From: an uncultured Pseudomonadota bacterium
Lineage (GTDB): Bacteria > Myxococcota_A > Polyangia > Fen-1088
NCBI GenBank assembly: GCA_963847705.1
Contig: CAWKBC010000012.1
Coordinates: forward strand, 1 to 50,861
DNA: 50,861 nucleotides
Direction: 5' to 3'
Positions 48,472 to 50,861 of this stretch are shown here, in pieces. Every line of letters starts with the position of its first letter. Position 1 is the stretch's first letter. The notes beneath the pieces are model-generated. The model saw only the letters and a list, made by a program, of their open reading frames with translations. It ran no database searches and was not told where the DNA came from. The position numbers and the translations under genes are program-made.

Positions 48472-50861
48472 GTGCAAAGCCTACGCCCGTCGAGTTCAAG
48501 CCTGATTCGCCAGCTGGCACGCGCGCTCTGTCTCCTCGCGTCTGGTCTTTTCGCGACTGGTCTCGGGTGCAGCGGAGGTGGCGTGAGCGGAAGCGGAGCT
48601 GGTGGCAACGCCAGCACCGGTCTCGGGGGCGCAACGCGCACCGGTGGCGCGGGGAGCGGCGGAACGTCGGGCCCGAGCGGTGGTACGACGGGGTCTGGCG
48701 GCAGCGTTGGAACAGGCGGTGGCCCGGGCGGCGGCGCGCCCCCGACCGGCGGCAGCGGCGGCGGCGCGACAGGCGGGAACGGAAGCGGCGGCAGCAGCAG
48801 CGGCAGCGGGGGCAATCAGGGAACAACGGGAACCGGCGGGGGCGCAGGCGCGACCGCCGGCGCGGGCGGTGCCGCAGGAACGGGCGGCGGCAGCGCGGGC
48901 GCGGGCGGCACCACCGTGGCGGGCCGTGTGCGGTCGATCGTTCCGTTCGACGCGGGGTGGCTATTCTTCAACGGCAACGCGACCGGGGCCGAGCAATCCA
49001 CCTTCGCGGATTCGTCGTGGCGCGCGCTGAACGTCCCTCACGACTGGGCGATCGAAGGGCCGTTCTCCGCAACCGCGGCGACGACCGGCCGAGGCGGCTA
49101 CATGCCGTCGGGGATCGCCTGGTATCGGAAGCACTTCACGCTCCCCGAAAACCTGTCGGGGCGGCGGGTCTTCGTCGAGTTCGACGGCGTGATGGAGAAC
49201 AGCGACGTCTACATCAACGGCACGCACCTCGGACATCACCCGTACGGCTGGGTCAGCTTTCGCTACGACCTCACGGCGAGCGTCACCTTCGGGACGACCG
49301 ACAACGTGATCGCCGTGAAGACCGACACCACCACGCAGCCGGCCGAGCGGTACTACGCAGGCGCCGGCATCTACCGGCACGTCCGCATCGTGGCGGCCAA
49401 TCCGGTCCACGTCGACCAGTGGGCAACCTTCGTCACGACGCCCAGCCCGACGGCCACCTCGGCGACGGTACACGTGACGACCACGGTCGTCAATTCCGGC
49501 ACCACCAGTCAGAGTGTGACCGTTCAAGGAATCGTCAGCGATCCGAGCGGGTCGGCGTTGGCACCGGTCGCGGCGGCCGCCCAGAGCATCGCGGCGGGCG
49601 CCTCGGCCGGGTTCACGTTCGACGTCCCAGTGACCACTCCCAAGTTGTGGACTCTGACCACGCCGAACCTGTACCAGCTTCTCGCCAACGTCCAGGTGGG
49701 GGGGACCACCGTCGACGACGACGTCGTCGCGTTCGGGATTCGCAACCTGACGTTCGACGGCACCACCGGGATGAACCTCAATGGAAAGAACATCAAGCTC
49801 CAGGGCGTCGCCAATCACCAGGACTTCCACGGACTCGGGCTGGCGGCTCCACAGCGCGCGGTCCAGCGGCGGCTGGCCGAGCTCAAGCTCCTCGGCGTGA
49901 ACGCCATTCGAACGGCGCACAACCCGCCCAGCCCGGACTTTCTCGACCTCTGCGACCGGATGGGGATCCTGGTGCTCGACGAGTTCACTGACGTCTGGAC
50001 GGCGCACAAGTACACCGACGTCGGCGACTACGCGGCCTACTTCAATCAGACGGCCACCAGCCCGACCGGCATGCCGGCAGTGCCGTCGGTCGCAACCGGC
50101 GCCACCTGGTGGCAGGTCGACTTCACCGGCTGGATGATGCGCGACCGCAACCACCCGAGCGTCGCGCTCTACAGCCTGGGGAACGAGATTCACGACTCGC
50201 ACGCGACGCGGCTCCCCATCGTCACCAAGATGCTCGCGCTCAGCCACACGCTGGACCCGTCGCGCAAGGACACGCAGGCGCTGCTCGATCCGGCCACCTC
50301 TGGCGACATCGACCTCACGACGACCCCGCCGACGATCAACTACCCGGTCGACGTCTGGGGCAACAACTACGACACCGCGTCCGCCGTGGGGGCCACCCAG
50401 GCCTCGCCGCCGCTCGCCTCATTGTTGACCGAGATGGGGACGGCAACGAGCAGCTGGAGCACCATCAAGAGCACGCCGGCTTTGACGGGCGAGTTCATGT
50501 GGACGGGCGTCGACTACCTGGGCGAAGCGGACGGAGATTGGCCGACCTTTGGCTCCACCGCCGGGATCATGGACGAAATGGGCACGGTCAAGACGCTCGG
50601 GTACTCGTGGCAGACGACCTGGGGGGCGCCCAAGACCACCGCGGCGCCGACTGGAACGGGCGCGACCAAGGTCGTCGTCACCGCGGATCACGCCACGCTG
50701 CTCACCGACCTCAACGACGTCTCCTTCATCGAGGCCGCGATCTCCAACGCCTCGGGCGCCATCGTCAGCAGCACCACGGCGGTGACGTTCGCCATCTCCG
50801 GCCCCGGAACGATCATCGCCGTCGACAGCGCCAGCATGACCCAAGAGACGTTCCGGGGGAA
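48472..50861 (+). CDS. GH2 beta-galactosidase-like lipoprotein, runs off the window end (absent from the ORF track)
   Basis: Translated by hand: lipobox GLGC, LNVPHDWAIEGPF, FVEFDGVM, YAGAGIYRHV, GVNAIRTAHNPP, RDRNHPSVALYSLGNE. Confidence 0.92.
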   Translation, partial: MQSLRPSSSSLIRQLARALCLLASGLFATGLGCSGGGVSGSGAGGNASTGLGGATRTGGAGSGGTSGPSGGTTGSGGSVGTGGGPGGGAPPTGGSGGGATGGNGSGGSSSGSGGNQGTTGTGGGAGATAGAGGAAGTGGGSAGAGGTTVAGRVRSIVPFDAGWLFFNGNATGAEQSTFADSSWRALNVPHDWAIEGPFSATAATTGRGGYMPSGIAWYRKHFTLPENLSGRRVFVEFDGVMENSDVYINGTHLGHHPYGWVSFRYDLTASVTFGTTDNVIAVKTDTTTQPAERYYAGAGIYRHVRIVAANPVHVDQWATFVTTPSPTATSATVHVTTTVVNSGTTSQSVTVQGIVSDPSGSALAPVAAAAQSIAAGASAGFTFDVPVTTPKLWTLTTPNLYQLLANVQVGGTTVDDDVVAFGIRNLTFDGTTGMNLNGKNIKLQGVANHQDFHGLGLAAPQRAVQRRLAELKLLGVNAIRTAHNPPSPDFLDLCDRMGILVLDEFTDVWTAHKYTDVGDYAAYFNQTATSPTGMPAVPSVATGATWWQVDFTGWMMRDRNHPSVALYSLGNEIHDSHATRLPIVTKMLALSHTLDPSRKDTQALLDPATSGDIDLTTTPPTINYPVDVWGNNYDTASAVGATQASPPLASLLTEMGTATSSWSTIKSTPALTGEFMWTGVDYLGEADGDWPTFGSTAGIMDEMGTVKTLGYSWQTTWGAPKTTAAPTGTGATKVVVTADHATLLTDLNDVSFIEAAISNASGAIVSSTTAVTFAISGPGTIIAVDSASMTQETFRG

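Overview
High-GC window, most likely myxobacterial (Polyangia-like), judged from the G/S/T-linker lipoproteins, MYXO-CTERM-like tails and the DUF1501 pair. Bases 1-18.7 kb are a decayed mobile region. It holds a DUF3991/TOPRIM gene, nested IS3-family and rve-integrase elements, Cys-rich secreted cargo, a tRNA-3'-fragment att junction, an internally deleted tyrosine integrase, and two DUF4258-type toxin-antitoxin modules. Bases 18.7-50.9 kb are mostly polysaccharide-degradation genes (GH11, GH3, GH2, a GH43-like protein, esterases) plus metG, a radical SAM gene and a DEDD/GIY-YIG nuclease. The standout is a roughly 4.6-kb island at 24.4-29.0 kb. It encodes a UG/Abi-type reverse transcriptase (YMDD) whose stop codon overlaps the start of a stand-alone family A DNA polymerase, followed by a convergent Fic/Doc gene. 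This is a candidate two-polymerase anti-phage system. Other notable items are a 79-bp palindromic element inserted in-frame into two unrelated genes in different reading frames, an IS split in two by a 4.86-kb inversion, and a duplicated 64-bp AT-rich element. All family assignments come from motif recognition by eye; no database searches were run.
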